Origin: Mustelus asterias
Taxonomy: Eukaryota
Length of the DNA: 64,000 nucleotides
Assembly (NCBI RefSeq): GCF_964213995.1
Contig: NW_027590215.1
Coordinates: 248,001 to 312,000 of the forward strand
Reading direction: 5' to 3'
A program made the position numbers and the translations under genes. Positions 12,449 to 23,292 of the stretch are shown here, in pieces. The notes beneath the pieces were generated by a model. That model made no database searches. It had not been told where the DNA came from and saw only the letters and a list, made by a program, of their open reading frames with translations. Numbering within the stretch: the first letter of the stretch is position 1; each line of letters begins with the position of its first letter.

Positions 12449-12588
12449 TGATGTGGAGATGCCAGCGTTGGACTGGGGTAAACACAGTAACAGTTTTAAC
12501 AACACCAGGTTAAAGTCCAACAGGTTTATTTGGTAGCAAATACCATTAGCTTTCGGAGCGCTGCTCCTTCGTCAGATGGAGTGGAAAT
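12449..12588 (-). mobile_element. Penelope-like pLTR 3' fragment, family 1
   Basis: Same sequence as 17357-17772, 23905-23970, 29881-30080 and 42550-42701; contains a hammerhead core. Confidence 0.75.
12543..12579 (-). ncRNA. Minimal type I hammerhead ribozyme
   Basis: Minus strand CCAU-CUGACGA-A-GGAGC-AGC-GCUCC-GAAA-GC-UA-AUGG: intact CUGANGA and GAAA boxes, stem I CCAU/AUGG, stem II GGAGC/GCUCC. Confidence 0.8.
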
Positions 12589-12989
12589 CAGATTTTCCAG
12601 TCATAGAGTCATTCCAGCACAGAAGGAGTCCATTGGATAACTCGAGTCCATACTGACTCTCACTGTAACTTCATAGTTTTTCACAGTTTTTTTGTGATTT
12701 TCACAGTGAGTTCATTGCAGTGTTAATGTCAGCATGCTTGTGACACGAACTAATAAATTATCAAAAGTAAACTATAAATCCTCTGTCGCGCAATTCTGTC
12801 AGTCTGGAGTGGGTCCCATTCTGTAACCCTGCAGCACCCATCTAATCTCATTTAGAAATTATTGATCATCTCTGCTTGACTACCCCCACAGGCAGCAAGT
12901 TCAAGATCATAATTAATCACAACCCCCTGTATCTTAACCAACTGGAGCCATCCGATCCATTAAATATATTTTTAGTTCAGTCATAGCAG

Positions 12990-13840
12990 AGATATTTGTA
13001 TCATCGATAGTCACAGGTGAGGTGCCTGAAGGTTGGAGAGTGGCAAATGTTGTGCCTTTGTTTGAAAAGGGCTGCAGGGAAAAGCCTGGGAACTGCAGGC
13101 CAGTGAGCCTCACATCTGTGGTGGGTAAGTTGTTGGAAGGTATTTTGAGAGACAGGATCTACAGGCATTTAGAGATGCAATGACTGATTAGGGACAGTCA
13201 GCATGGCTTTGTGAGTGGTGAAGAAGGCATTCAGCGTGCTTGGTTTCATTGGTCACAACATTGAATACAGGAGTTGGGATGTCTTGTTGAAGTTGTACAA
13301 AACATTGGTAAGGCCACACTTGGAATGCTGTGTACAGTTCTGGTCACCCTATTATAGAAAGGATATTATTAAACCAGAAAGAGTGCAGAAAATAATTATT
13401 AGGATGCTACTGGGACTTGATGGTTTGAGTTATAAGGAGAGGCTGGATAGACTGGAACTTTTTTGTCTGGAGTGTCGGAGGCTTAGGGGTGATCTTATAG
13501 AGGTCTATAAAATAATGAGGGGCATAGATCAGCTAGATAGTCAATATCTTTTCCCAAAGTAGGGGAGTCTAAAACTAGAGGGCATAGGTTTAAGGTGAGA
13601 GGGGCAATTTTTTCATACAGAGAATGGTGAGTGTCTTGAACAAGCTGCCAGAGGTAGTAGTAGAGGCGGGTACAATTTTGATTTTTAAAAAGCATTTAGA
13701 CAGTTACATGGGTACGATGGGTATGGAGGGATATGGGCCAAACGCGGGCAATTGGGACTAGCTTAGGGGTTAAAAAAAAAGGCGGCATGGACAAATTGGG
13801 CCGAAGGGCCTGTTTCCATGCTGTAAACCTCTATGACTCT
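12990..13840 (+). mobile_element. CR1 fragment with internal deletion
   Basis: WRVANVVPLF..QHGF joined at about 13215 to VKKAFSVLGFI..LVRPHLECCVQFWSPYY; 3' tail ctatgactct. Confidence 0.85.
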
Positions 13841-13889
13841 CGAGACTGTCTGGCAGCCTGCATGGAGATTTTCAGCTCTCTGTGTCCAG

Positions 13890-13955
13890 GGCAGGAAGCA
13901 GTGAGCATGGATCTGTCAATCAGCCTCAATCAGCACCTTCAGGAGAATTGGGAGG
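13890..13955 (+). other. Putative short 5'-UTR exon of the ZNF gene at 14486
   Basis: ctctctgtgtccAG|...gggagg|GTgaat; homologs at about 48608-48663 (+), 60553-60610 (-) and, more degraded, 30770-30830. Confidence 0.5.
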
Positions 13956-14485
13956 GTGAATGTTAGATACAGCAGAGTGAGAATGGAGGGAGAGTGTGTG
14001 GGATGGAGATTCACAGCTTTTGGGGAACGAGAGAGGAAAGAATGTTCTATAGAAACGAGAATTGTCTGTTCTGAATTTCGATCCTGTATTGACAGTGATG
14101 ACTTTTGTAAACTCCTTTTACAGGCTATCAGAAGGTGAGGATTTACAGACAGAAATCTTAAACCAAACGTCACATCAACATCTGACAGAGTCACTCAATT
14201 CAACGGGACCTGAATATCATCGGCCTTTGAATCTAGTAGGAGAAATGTTTTTCTGTTCTGTCTGCTTCAGGAGATTTTAAACATCAGTGTGACTGGAAAA
14301 GCACCGAGTCACACACACACCAGAGTGAGAGTGTTCCAGTGCATTGCGTGTGGAAAACGCTTCAGTTGCACAGCCTGAAAAAACATCGCAGCATTCACAG
14401 CGGGGAGAGACTGTACCCGTGTTCTGTGTATGGATGAGGTTTCAACTGATTGTCCGACCTGGAGAGTCACAAGGACACCTGCACC

Positions 14486-15076
14486 ATGGAAAAACGGTGG
14501 AAATGTGGGGACTGTGGGAAGGGATTTAGATACCCTTCTCACCTGGAAACTCATCGACGCAGTCACACTGGGGAGAGACCGTTCACCTGTTCTCAGTGTG
14601 GGAATGGATTCAGTCGATTATCCACTCTGCAGACACACCAGAGAGTTCACAATGAGGAGAGGCCATTCATCTGCTTTCATTGTGGGAAGAGATTCACTCA
14701 GTCATCCGCCCTGCAGACACACCAGCGAGTTCACAATGAGGAGAGACCATTCATCTGCTCTCAGTGTGGGAAGGGATTCAGTCAGTCATCCAGCCTGCAG
14801 ACACACCAGCGAGTTCACACTAGGGAGAGGCCGTTTACCTGCTCTCTGTGTGGGAAGGGATTCACTCAGTTATCCCATCTGAAGACACACCAACGGTTTC
14901 ACACTGGGGAGAGGCCGTTCACCTGCCCTCAGTGCGAGAAGGGATTTGCTCAGTTATCCACTCTTCAGACACACCAGCGAGTTCACACCAAGGAGAGACC
15001 GTTCACCTGCTCTCAGTGTGGGAAAGGATTCACTCAGTTATCCAACCTGCGGAGACACCAGCGAGTTCACATGTGA
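14486..15076 (+). CDS. C2H2 zinc-finger protein, 196 aa, 7 fingers
   Basis: Kozak accATGg start MEKRWKC within ORF 14450-15076; seven canonical fingers; acceptor ttttacag at 14123. Confidence 0.85.
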   Translation: MEKRWKCGDCGKGFRYPSHLETHRRSHTGERPFTCSQCGNGFSRLSTLQTHQRVHNEERPFICFHCGKRFTQSSALQTHQRVHNEERPFICSQCGKGFSQSSSLQTHQRVHTRERPFTCSLCGKGFTQLSHLKTHQRFHTGERPFTCPQCEKGFAQLSTLQTHQRVHTKERPFTCSQCGKGFTQLSNLRRHQRVHM

Positions 15077-15319
15077 TTCCAGGGGTTGGATTCTGCTGTT
15101 ATTGTTTCTGCTCTCAGTTACATCCAGGACTGCATTTTGTTCATTCTCACAGTTGGTCACTGGGGAGAATTGGAGGCTCTCTGTCTGCTGGACTGGCCGG
15201 TCTCACCACTTTGTCTCCAGTGGGCTGATAATCTTTTAACCTTGTTTTGAATATCTGGCTTTGGATTTCTCAAGGATCACAGAGTGAAAGGGTGTTCGGA
15301 AGTTTAAAGATATTTTGTT

Positions 15320-16410
15320 CACAATACTGTTTGGAAGGCTCGCAAAGCATGCAGAGGGAGTAGTGAGCATGAGGAACTGAAAGAGATTAGTATTAGTGAA
15401 AAAGTAGCACTGGAGAAATTAATGGGGTTGGAAGTGAATAAATCCCCAAAAGCTGCTGATCTACATCCCAGAGTGTTGGAAGAGGTGGCTGTGGAGATAG
15501 TGGATACATTGGTGGTCATCTTTCCAAATTCTATAGATTGTGGAATGGTTGCTGCAGATTGGAAGGTGGTAAATGAAACCCCACTGTTTAAGGAGGGAGA
15601 GAGAAAACGGGGAACCACAGACCCACCAGCCTGACATCAGCCAGAGGGAAAATGCTCCAATCTATTGTACAGGATGTGATAACAGATGAATGTGCACATT
15701 CAGAACAGGGGTACGTCCCTCGTGCCTGCTTCACCATTCAATATGTGCACAGCTGATCTGATTGTAACCTCAACTTCACATTCCCGCCGACCCCCCGATA
15801 ACCTTTCAGCCCCTTGCTTATTAAGGAATCTATCCAGCTCTGCCTTCAGAATATTCAGAGACTCTGCGTCCACTGCCCTTTGAGGAAGAGAGTTCCAGAC
15901 ATTCAGACCCTCTGAGAGGAAGACGTTCTCCTGTTATTTGTTTTAATCGAGCCGCCTCTTACTCTTCTAAACTCCAGTCGATACAAGCCTAGCCTGTCCA
16001 ATCATTCCTCATTAGACAAACCAGCCATTTCAGGTATTAGTCCAGTAAACCTTCTCTGAGCTGTTTCCAATGTGTTTACATCTTTCCTAAGTGAGAGCCA
16101 TACTGTACACAGTACTCCAGATGGTTTCACCAATATCCTGTATAATCTCCCTACTTTTTTATTCAATTCCCTTCGCAATAAACAGCAACATTCCATTAGC
16201 TTTCCCAATTCCTTGCTGTACCTGTATACCGGCCTTGTGTGATTCATGCACTGGGACACCCAGATCCCTCTGCAATCCCAGCTCTGCAATCTCACACCAT
16301 TTAAATGATAAGCTTCTCTTTTTATTCTTCCTGCCAAAATGGATGATTTGACTTTTTGCCACATTATATTCCATTTCGCAGATCTTTGCCCCGGTCTTAA
16401 CCTATCTATA
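15320..16410. mobile_element. CR1 fragments (+ at about 15320-15690, - at about 15700-16410)
   Basis: KSPKAADLHPRVLEEVAVEIVD and MEYNVAK..LQRDLGVPVHES..KANGML. Confidence 0.8.
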
Positions 16411-16419
16411 TATTTTTGT

Positions 16420-16850
16420 AACCAAAAAGAGAAGATGCTGGAAAATCTCAGCAGGTCTGGCAGCATCTGTAAGGAGAGAAAAGAGCTGACGTTTCGAGTC
16501 CAGACGGCCCTTTGTTAAAGCTAAAAGGCAGAGAAAGTGGGAGATGTTTATACTGCCGGGTGAGGGAATTAAAAATGAGTCATAGCCACAGAAACCAGGG
16601 GGAAAGACTGCTCATAGCTGTCCACAGAGAGAATAAAGGGTGTGAATGGCCAAAAGATAGAGAAGCTAAAATGAACATGTTTGGGAGTCGGGGGGGGGGG
16701 GGGGGGGCGGCGTGGTGGATGGAATGAATGGGACGAGGTAAGATTTAGCAAAGAGGGAGAAAAGGTCAGGGAAGGGGAATAAAGTAGGGAGAAAGAGTGG
16801 GAGGGAGGAAGAAAAATGAAGAAACACAATCAAGAAATAAAAATATACAT
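16420..16850 (-). mobile_element. Penelope-like family 2 fragment
   Basis: Minus strand ..agctttaacaaagggccgtctggactcgaaacgtcagct..acagatgctgccagacctgctgagattttccagc; purine/pyrimidine-skewed body. Confidence 0.55.
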
Positions 16851-17419
16851 TTTTGTAGTCTCCTTATGTCGTCTTCACAACTTTCCTACCTATCTTTATG
16901 CCATTAGCAAATTTAGCAACCACCCCCTCAGTCCTTTCACCTCAGTCTAAGGGCTAAAAGGGGTCACGAGAAAGCATTGGGCAGCAGGATTAAGGAAAAT
17001 CCCAAGGCTTTTTATACATATATAAAGAGCAACAGGGAGAGGGTTGGTCCACTCAAGGACAGTGGAGGGAATCTGCGTGGAGCCAGAGGAAATGGCGATG
17101 TATTAAATGAGTACTTTGCGTCTGTATTCATCAAAGAGAAGGACTTGGTGGATGATGAGTCTGGGAAAGGGTGTGTGGATAGTTTGAGTCATGTTGAGAT
17201 CAAAAAGGAGGAGGTATTGGGGTTCTTGAGAAACATTAAGGTAGACAAGTCCCCAGGGCCTGATGGGATATACCCCAGAATACTGAGAGAGGCAAGGGAG
17301 GAAATTGCTGGGGCCTTGAGAGAAATCTTTGTATCATCACTGGCTACAGAGGAGGTAAACACAGTAAGAAGTTTAACAACACCACGTTAAAGTCCAACAC
17401 GTTTATGTGGTAGCAAATG

Positions 17420-17456
17420 CCACTAGCTTTCGGAGCGCTGCCCCTTCGTCAGGTGG
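17420..17456 (-). ncRNA. Minimal type I hammerhead ribozyme
   Basis: CCAC-CUGACGA-A-GGGGC-AGC-GCUCC-GAAA-GC-UA-GUGG. Confidence 0.8.
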
Positions 17457-17643
17457 ACTTGCAAAATCTCACTCGCCCTCCTGTCTGGAGACAATACACA
17501 TCTCTTTAAGCTGTGCTTAATGCTCTCTCCACTCACATTGTCTGTATCTTTAAGACTTGATTAGCTGTATTAGCATTCCAATCATTATTCTGTAAATTGA
17601 GTTGGTGTCTCTGTATGTCCTGTTTGTGAGCACATCTCCCACT

Positions 17644-17680
17644 CCACCTGACGAAGGGGCAGCGCTCCGAAATCTAGTGG
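17644..17680 (+). ncRNA. Minimal hammerhead ribozyme, variant in the stem III loop
   Basis: CCAC-CUGACGA-A-GGGGC-AGC-GCUCC-GAAA-UC-UA-GUGG; the AGCU palindrome is changed to AUCU. Confidence 0.65.
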
Positions 17681-19183
17681 CATTTGCTACCAAATAAACC
17701 TGTTGGACTTTACACTGGTGTTGTTAGACTTCTTACTGTGTTTAGCCCAGTCCAACACCGGCATCTCCACAAACAGAGGAGGTCCCAGAGGATTGGAGAA
17801 TAGCCAATATTGTTCCTTTGTTTAAGAAGCGTAGCAAGAACAATCCAGGTAATTACAGGCTGGTGAGCATTACATCAGTGGTAGGGAAATTATTGGAGTG
17901 GATTCTTCAAGATAGGATTTATTCCCACTTGGAAACAGATGTATTAGCAAGAGACAACATGGTTTTGTGAAGGGGAGGTCGTGTCTCATTAAATTGATTG
18001 AGTTTTTTGAGGAAGTGACGAAGATGATTGATGAGGGTAGGGCAATGGATGTTCTCTACATGGATTTCAGTAAGGCCTTTGACAAGGTCCCTCAAAATGT
18101 AACTGGTTTGATTAGTAAGTTTGCAGACGACTCAAAGGTTGATGGATTTGCAGATAGTGATGAGGACCATCAGAGGATACAGCAGGATATAGATCGGTTG
18201 GAGACTTGGGCGGAGAGATGGCAGATGGAGTTTAATCTGGACAAATGTGAGGTAATGCATTTTGGAAGGTCTAACACAGATAGGAAATATACAGTAAATG
18301 GCAGAACCCTTTAGAGCATTGATAGGCAGAGGGATCTGGGTGTACAGGTACACAGGTCACTGAAAGTGGCAATGCAGGTGGAGAATGTAGTCAAGAAGAC
18401 ATACAGCATGCTTGCCTTCATCGGCCGCGGTATTGAGTTTAAAAATTGGCAAGTCATGTTGCAGCTTTATAGAACCTTAGTTAGGCCGCACTTGGAATAT
18501 AGTGTTCAATTCCCGTTGTCACACTCCCAGAGAATGTGTAGGCTTGGAGAGGGTGCAGAAAAGATTTACCAGGATGTTGCCTGGTATGGAGGGCATTAGC
18601 TATGAGGAGAGGTTGGAGAAACTTGGTTTGTTCTCACTGGAATGACAGAGGTTGAGGGGCGACCTGATAGAAGTCTACAAGATTATGAGAGGCATAGAGA
18701 GAGTGGATAGTCAGAAGCTTTTTCCCAGGGTGGAAGACCCAATTACTAGGGGGCACAGGTTTAAGGTGCGAGGGGCAAGATTTAAAGGAGATGTACAAGG
18801 CAGGTTTTTTTTACACAGAGGGTGGTGAGTGCCTGGAACTCGCTGCCGGGGGAGGTAGTGGAAGCAGATACGATAGTGACTTTTAAGGGGCGTCTTTACA
18901 AATACATGAATAGGATGTGAATGGAGAGATATGGCCCCCGGAAGGTAGGGGTTTTAGTTAGGTCAGGCAGCATGGTCAGTGCAGGCTTGGAGGGCCGAAG
19001 GACCTGTTCCTGTGCTGTAATTTTCTTTGTTCTTTGTAAGTCATCTATATCAATTGTAAAATGTTGGAGCCCCAGCACTATACCCTGTGACAGCTCTCAT
19101 TACATTTTGACAACCAGAAAATGACCTACATATGCCGAGTGTTTCCTGCTAGCTAGCCAATCTTCTATCCAAGCCAATATGAT

Positions 19184-19485
19184 GGGGCGACACGGTAGCA
19201 CAGTGGTTAGCACTGCTGCTTCACAGCTCCAGGGACCTGGGTTTGATCCCGGCTCGGGTCACGTGGAGTTTGCACATTCTCCTCGTGTCTGCGTGGGTTT
19301 CCTCTGGGTGCTCCGGTTTCCTCCCACAGTCCAAAGATGTGCGGGTTAGATTGATTGGCCATGCTAAAATTGCCCCTTAATGTCCTAAAATGCATAGGTT
19401 AGAGGGATTGGGTGGGATTGTGGTTGGTGCAGACTCGATGGGCCGAATGGCCTCTTTCTGCACTGTGGGGATTCTGTGATTGTAT
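19184..19485 (+). mobile_element. HE1/V-SINE-like copy inserted in a minus-strand CR1 fragment (about 19040-19565)
   Basis: SINE head and body; flanks encode LDFQKAFDKV on the minus strand. Confidence 0.85.
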
Positions 19486-19764
19486 GTTATCCCCACAGCT
19501 TTTATTTGTTGCAATAACCTTTGATGTTGTACCTTATCAAATGCTTTCTGGAAATCTAAGTGCATTAAAATGTACTTTAGGGAAGGAAATCTGCCATACT
19601 TACTGGGCCTGTTCTACATGTGACTCGAGAGCCACAGCAATGTGTTTGACTCGCAAATGTCCTCCAAGGATATCAAGGGATGGGCAGTAAATGTTACCCC
19701 AATAAATGTTGCCCAGCCAGGGACGTGTCCCATGAATGAATAAAAATATGTGGAATGTACAGAC

Positions 19765-20150
19765 TGGGGAACAATGGGTGGGGGCGGCGCTCCCGGGTCC
19801 GCGCGCCTGAACCCGGAGACGTCACCGCGAAGCAGAGTGATTGCTATTGGCTGATTCAGGCAGGGCTCCATTGTGCCGTCACAATGACTCAGAGGGGCGT
19901 TCCCAGCACACAGTGTCCCATTGGCAGCAATGTCACTGGTTACAGAAGCAAAACACTGCGGATTGGACACCAGCTCAGCGCGGCTGGCGGTCAAAGCCCC
20001 GCCCACCCCCACGTGGGCTCGGGTTCCGCCCTCTCATTGTCTATATGCGGCAGATTGACCAATGGCAACGTGTGGAGGACCGGATGGGCGCTGGTCCTCC
20101 AGCCAATCAGAGTCCGGGCTTTGTATCAATGACCGCGTGGAGCTCCCTGT
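19765..20150 (+). promoter_or_regulatory. CpG-island promoter of the ZNF gene at 21.8 kb
   Basis: GC boxes, several CCAAT/ATTGG boxes, GACGTCA, GGAGGACC-N11-GGTCCTCC at 20074-20100; homologous to 28800-28932(-) and 62480-62620(-). Confidence 0.7.
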
Positions 20151-21045
20151 GGACCTGAATGTGGGGGGTTCGATCAGTAAGTTTGTTGATGATACAAAAA
20201 TTGGTGGTAAATAGCGAGGAGGAAAGCCTGAGATTACAGGAGGATATGGACGGGCTGGTCAGATGAGCAGAACAGTGGCAAATGTAATTTAACCCCCTAA
20301 AGTCCGAGGTGATGCGTTTTGGGCGGACTAACAAGGCAAGGGAATAGACAATGAACAATAGGACACCAGGAAGTACAGAGGACCAGAGGGACCTTGGGGC
20401 GCATGTCCATAGGACCCTGAAGACAGTCGGACAAATTGATAAAGTGGTTAAGAAGGATATGGGATACTTGCCTTTTTTAACCGAGGCATAGAATATTAGA
20501 GCAAACAAGTTATGATTGAGCTGTATAAAAAGCTGGAGTACTGTCTGCAGTTCGGGTCGCCACATTTTAGCAAGGATGTGATTGCGCTAGAGAAGGTGCA
20601 GAGCAGATTCACCAGGATGCTGCCTGGGCTGGAAAGTTTCAGCCATGAAGAGAGGCTGGTGAGGCTGGAATTGTTCTCCCTAATTCAGAGAAGGCTGAGG
20701 GGGCCCTGATTGGGATGTACAAAAATATGAACCCTTAGTTCAAGTAACTTTAGTAGCTGGGTCAACATCCAGATTTAAGGTGAGGGGCAGGAGATTTAGA
20801 GGGGAATTGAGGGAAAAGATTTTCACCCTGAGGATTGTGGAATCAGGAACTCGCTGCCTGAAAGGGTGGGAGAGGTGGGAACGCTCAACATTAAGAAGCA
20901 TTTAGATGAGCACTTGAAATGCCATCGCTTACAAGGCTACTACTGACCAAATGGTGGAAGGTGGGATTAGAACAGATCGATGCTTGAGAGCTGGCACAAA
21001 TTCGATGGGCCAAAGGGCCTCTTGCTGTGCTTTAAAACTCTGAGG
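20150..21045 (+). mobile_element. Old CR1 3' fragment
   Basis: ISKFVDDTK..LEYCLQFGSPHFSKDVIALEKVQSRFTRMLPGL. Confidence 0.8.
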
Positions 21046-21797
21046 ACAGAAATATGACCAGTGTTGTTATGTGATAAATATCGGATGGTTCTGCAATAAA
21101 GTACATTTATTATTATTTCTAGTCTTGTAATATAGTACTGTAGCTCCGTCATATATTTCCAGTCAGAGTCATTACAGCATAGGAGGAGTTCATTGGACAA
21201 CTCCAGTCCCTGCCGAGCAATTCTGTCAGTCTGGAGTGGGTCCCATTCTGTAACCCTGCAGCACCCATCCAATCACATTCAAAATTACTGACCATCTCTG
21301 CTTGACTCCCCTCATAGGCAGCAAGGTCAAGAACATGACCAATCACAACCCCCTGTATCTTAACCAACTTACAGATTTAGTGGAATGAGTGGGGAAAGAA
21401 TGTTCCTTAGAAACTAGAATTCTAGTTCTGAATTTTGATCCTGTACTGACTGTGATTTCTGTCGCAAACTCCTTTACAGGAATATCAGAAGGTTAAGATC
21501 CATAGACGGAAATCCCAAACCAAACATCACATCAAGATCTGACAGTCGCTCAATTCATCTGGACCTCAACATCATCGACCTTTGAATCTGGAAGGAGAAA
21601 TATTTCTGTTTTTTCTGCTTCAGAATGTTTAAACATCAGTGTGACTGGAAAGCACCGAGACACAAACACACCCGAGTGAGAGTGTTCCAGTGCACTGAGT
21701 GTGGAAAGAGCTTCAACCAGTTACACAGCCTGAAAATACATCGCAGCATTCACAGCGGGGAGAGACTGTACCCGTGTTCTGTGTGAGATTTAACTGA

Positions 21798-23093
21798 TTG
21801 TTTACCTGGAGAGTCACAAGGACACCCGAACCATGGAGAAACTGGAAATGTGGGGACTGTGGGAAGGGATACAGGTTCCCATCTCAGCTGGAAACTCATC
21901 GATGCAGTCACACCGGGGAGCGGCCATTCACCTGCTCTGTGTGTGGGAAGGGATTCACTCGGTCATCCAATCTGCTGAGTCACAATCTCACTCATGCCAG
22001 TGAGAGACCCTTTAAATGCTCTGACTGTGGGACTGGTTTCAAAAGCTCTCGGGATCTGGTGTCCCACCAGCGCATTCACACTGAGGAGAGACCGTTCAGC
22101 TGCTCTCACTGCACAAAGCAGTTTCAAACATCATCCAACCTGCGGAAACACCAGCAAGTTCACACCGAGGAGAGGCCGTTCACCTGCTCTGTGTGTGGGA
22201 AGAGATTCACTCTGTCATCCAATCTGCTGAGACACCAGCAAGTTCACACTGGGGAAAGACCGTTCACCTGCTCCGAGTGTGGGAACAGATTCACCCGGTT
22301 ATCCAGCCTGCAGAGACACAACGTCATTCACAACAGCGAGAGACCCTTTAAATGCTCTGACTGTGGGAGCGGATTCAAAAGGTCTCAGGATCTGATGGAT
22401 CACCAGCGCACTCACACTGTGGAGAGACCGTTCAGCTGCTCTCACTGCTCAAAGACATTTAGAAGATCATCCCACCTGCGGAATCACCAACGAGTTCACA
22501 CGAGGGAGCGGCCATTCACCTGCTCAGTGTGTGGGAGGGGATTCACTCAGTCATCCAGCCTGCAGAGACACAAAGTCACTCACAGCAATGAGCGACCCTT
22601 TAAATGCTCTGACTGCGGGAAAGATTTCAAAAGGTCTCACCAACTGTTGGTCCACCAGCGCATTCACACTGAGGAGAGACCATTCAGCTGCTCTCACTGC
22701 ACAAAGAGATTTACAACATCATCCTACCTGTGGGAACACCAGCGAGTTCACACCAATGAGCGACCATTTAAATGCTCTGACTGTGGGAGTGGCTTCAAAA
22801 GGTCTCAGGATCTGGTGTCCCACCAGCGCATTCACACTGAGGAGAGACCGTTCAGCTGCTCTCACTGCACAAAGAGATTTAGAACTTCATCCAACCTGCG
22901 GAAACATGAGCGAGTTCACACCGGAGCGAAACCGTTCACATGCTCTCTGTGTGGGAAGGGATTCAGTGATTCATGCAACCTGCGAGAACACCAGCGAGTT
23001 CACGCCAGGGAGAGGCCATTCACCCGCTCGAAGTGTGGGAAAGGATTTAGTGATTCATCCCTCCTGCTGAGACACCAGCGAGTTCACAATTGA
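21798..23093 (+). CDS. C2H2 ZNF with 15 fingers (last lacks first Cys); family ATG at 21833 is out of frame, so possibly a pseudogene
   Basis: Open 431-codon frame starting at TTG; ATGGAGAAAC--TGGAAATGT lacks 2 nt compared with paralog ATGGAGAAACCGTGGAAATGT. Confidence 0.65.
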   Translation: MFTWRVTRTPEPWRNWKCGDCGKGYRFPSQLETHRCSHTGERPFTCSVCGKGFTRSSNLLSHNLTHASERPFKCSDCGTGFKSSRDLVSHQRIHTEERPFSCSHCTKQFQTSSNLRKHQQVHTEERPFTCSVCGKRFTLSSNLLRHQQVHTGERPFTCSECGNRFTRLSSLQRHNVIHNSERPFKCSDCGSGFKRSQDLMDHQRTHTVERPFSCSHCSKTFRRSSHLRNHQRVHTRERPFTCSVCGRGFTQSSSLQRHKVTHSNERPFKCSDCGKDFKRSHQLLVHQRIHTEERPFSCSHCTKRFTTSSYLWEHQRVHTNERPFKCSDCGSGFKRSQDLVSHQRIHTEERPFSCSHCTKRFRTSSNLRKHERVHTGAKPFTCSLCGKGFSDSCNLREHQRVHARERPFTRSKCGKGFSDSSLLLRHQRVHN

Positions 23094-23292
23094 TTACTGG
23101 GGTTGGATTCTGCTGTTATTGCTGCTGTTAATCACATCCAGGACTGAACCATGTTCACTCTGACAGTTGGTGAAGTGGGAGGGTCGGAGGGTTTCTTTCT
23201 GTTGGACTGGCTGGTCTCACGACTTTGCTTCCAGTGGGCTGATGCTCTTTGAGCCTGGGAGAGCACATTTCCACTGAAATGATCCACTAAAG

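Larger units (their letters stand above)
17357..17772. mobile_element. Penelope-like insertion with inverted pLTR arms and 11-bp TSD
   Basis: Arms at about 17357-17457 and 17643-17745 are inverted repeats; ACAGAGGAGGT duplicated at 17346-17356 and 17773-17783. Confidence 0.85.
16950..19035 (+). mobile_element. CR1 ORF2 fragment, internally deleted, interrupted by a Penelope-like insert
   Basis: IKENPKAFY..KSPGPDGIYPRIL..SSLAT[insert]EVPEDWRIAN..MDFSKAFDKVP..ISKFADD; tail ttttctttgttctttg. Confidence 0.9.

Noticed and set aside
13890-13955. Short conserved exon (MDLSISLNQHLQENWE) as a KRAB-like effector exon
   Set aside because: Length and phase differ among paralogs, the ATG is ATA at about 48625, and splicing to the last exon meets stops; at most a uORF.
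14085-14123. GTGATGA next to a CTGA-like motif in the pre-acceptor module as a C/D snoRNA
   Set aside because: Box order and spacing are wrong; TA(C/T)TGAC is better explained as the branch point about 30 nt before the AG.
14278-14300. Shared TGA-C in the ZNF leaders as a selenocysteine or readthrough codon
   Set aside because: The same frame has other stops (TAA at 14278) and gene-specific frameshifts, so no continuous ORF would result; no SECIS was identified.
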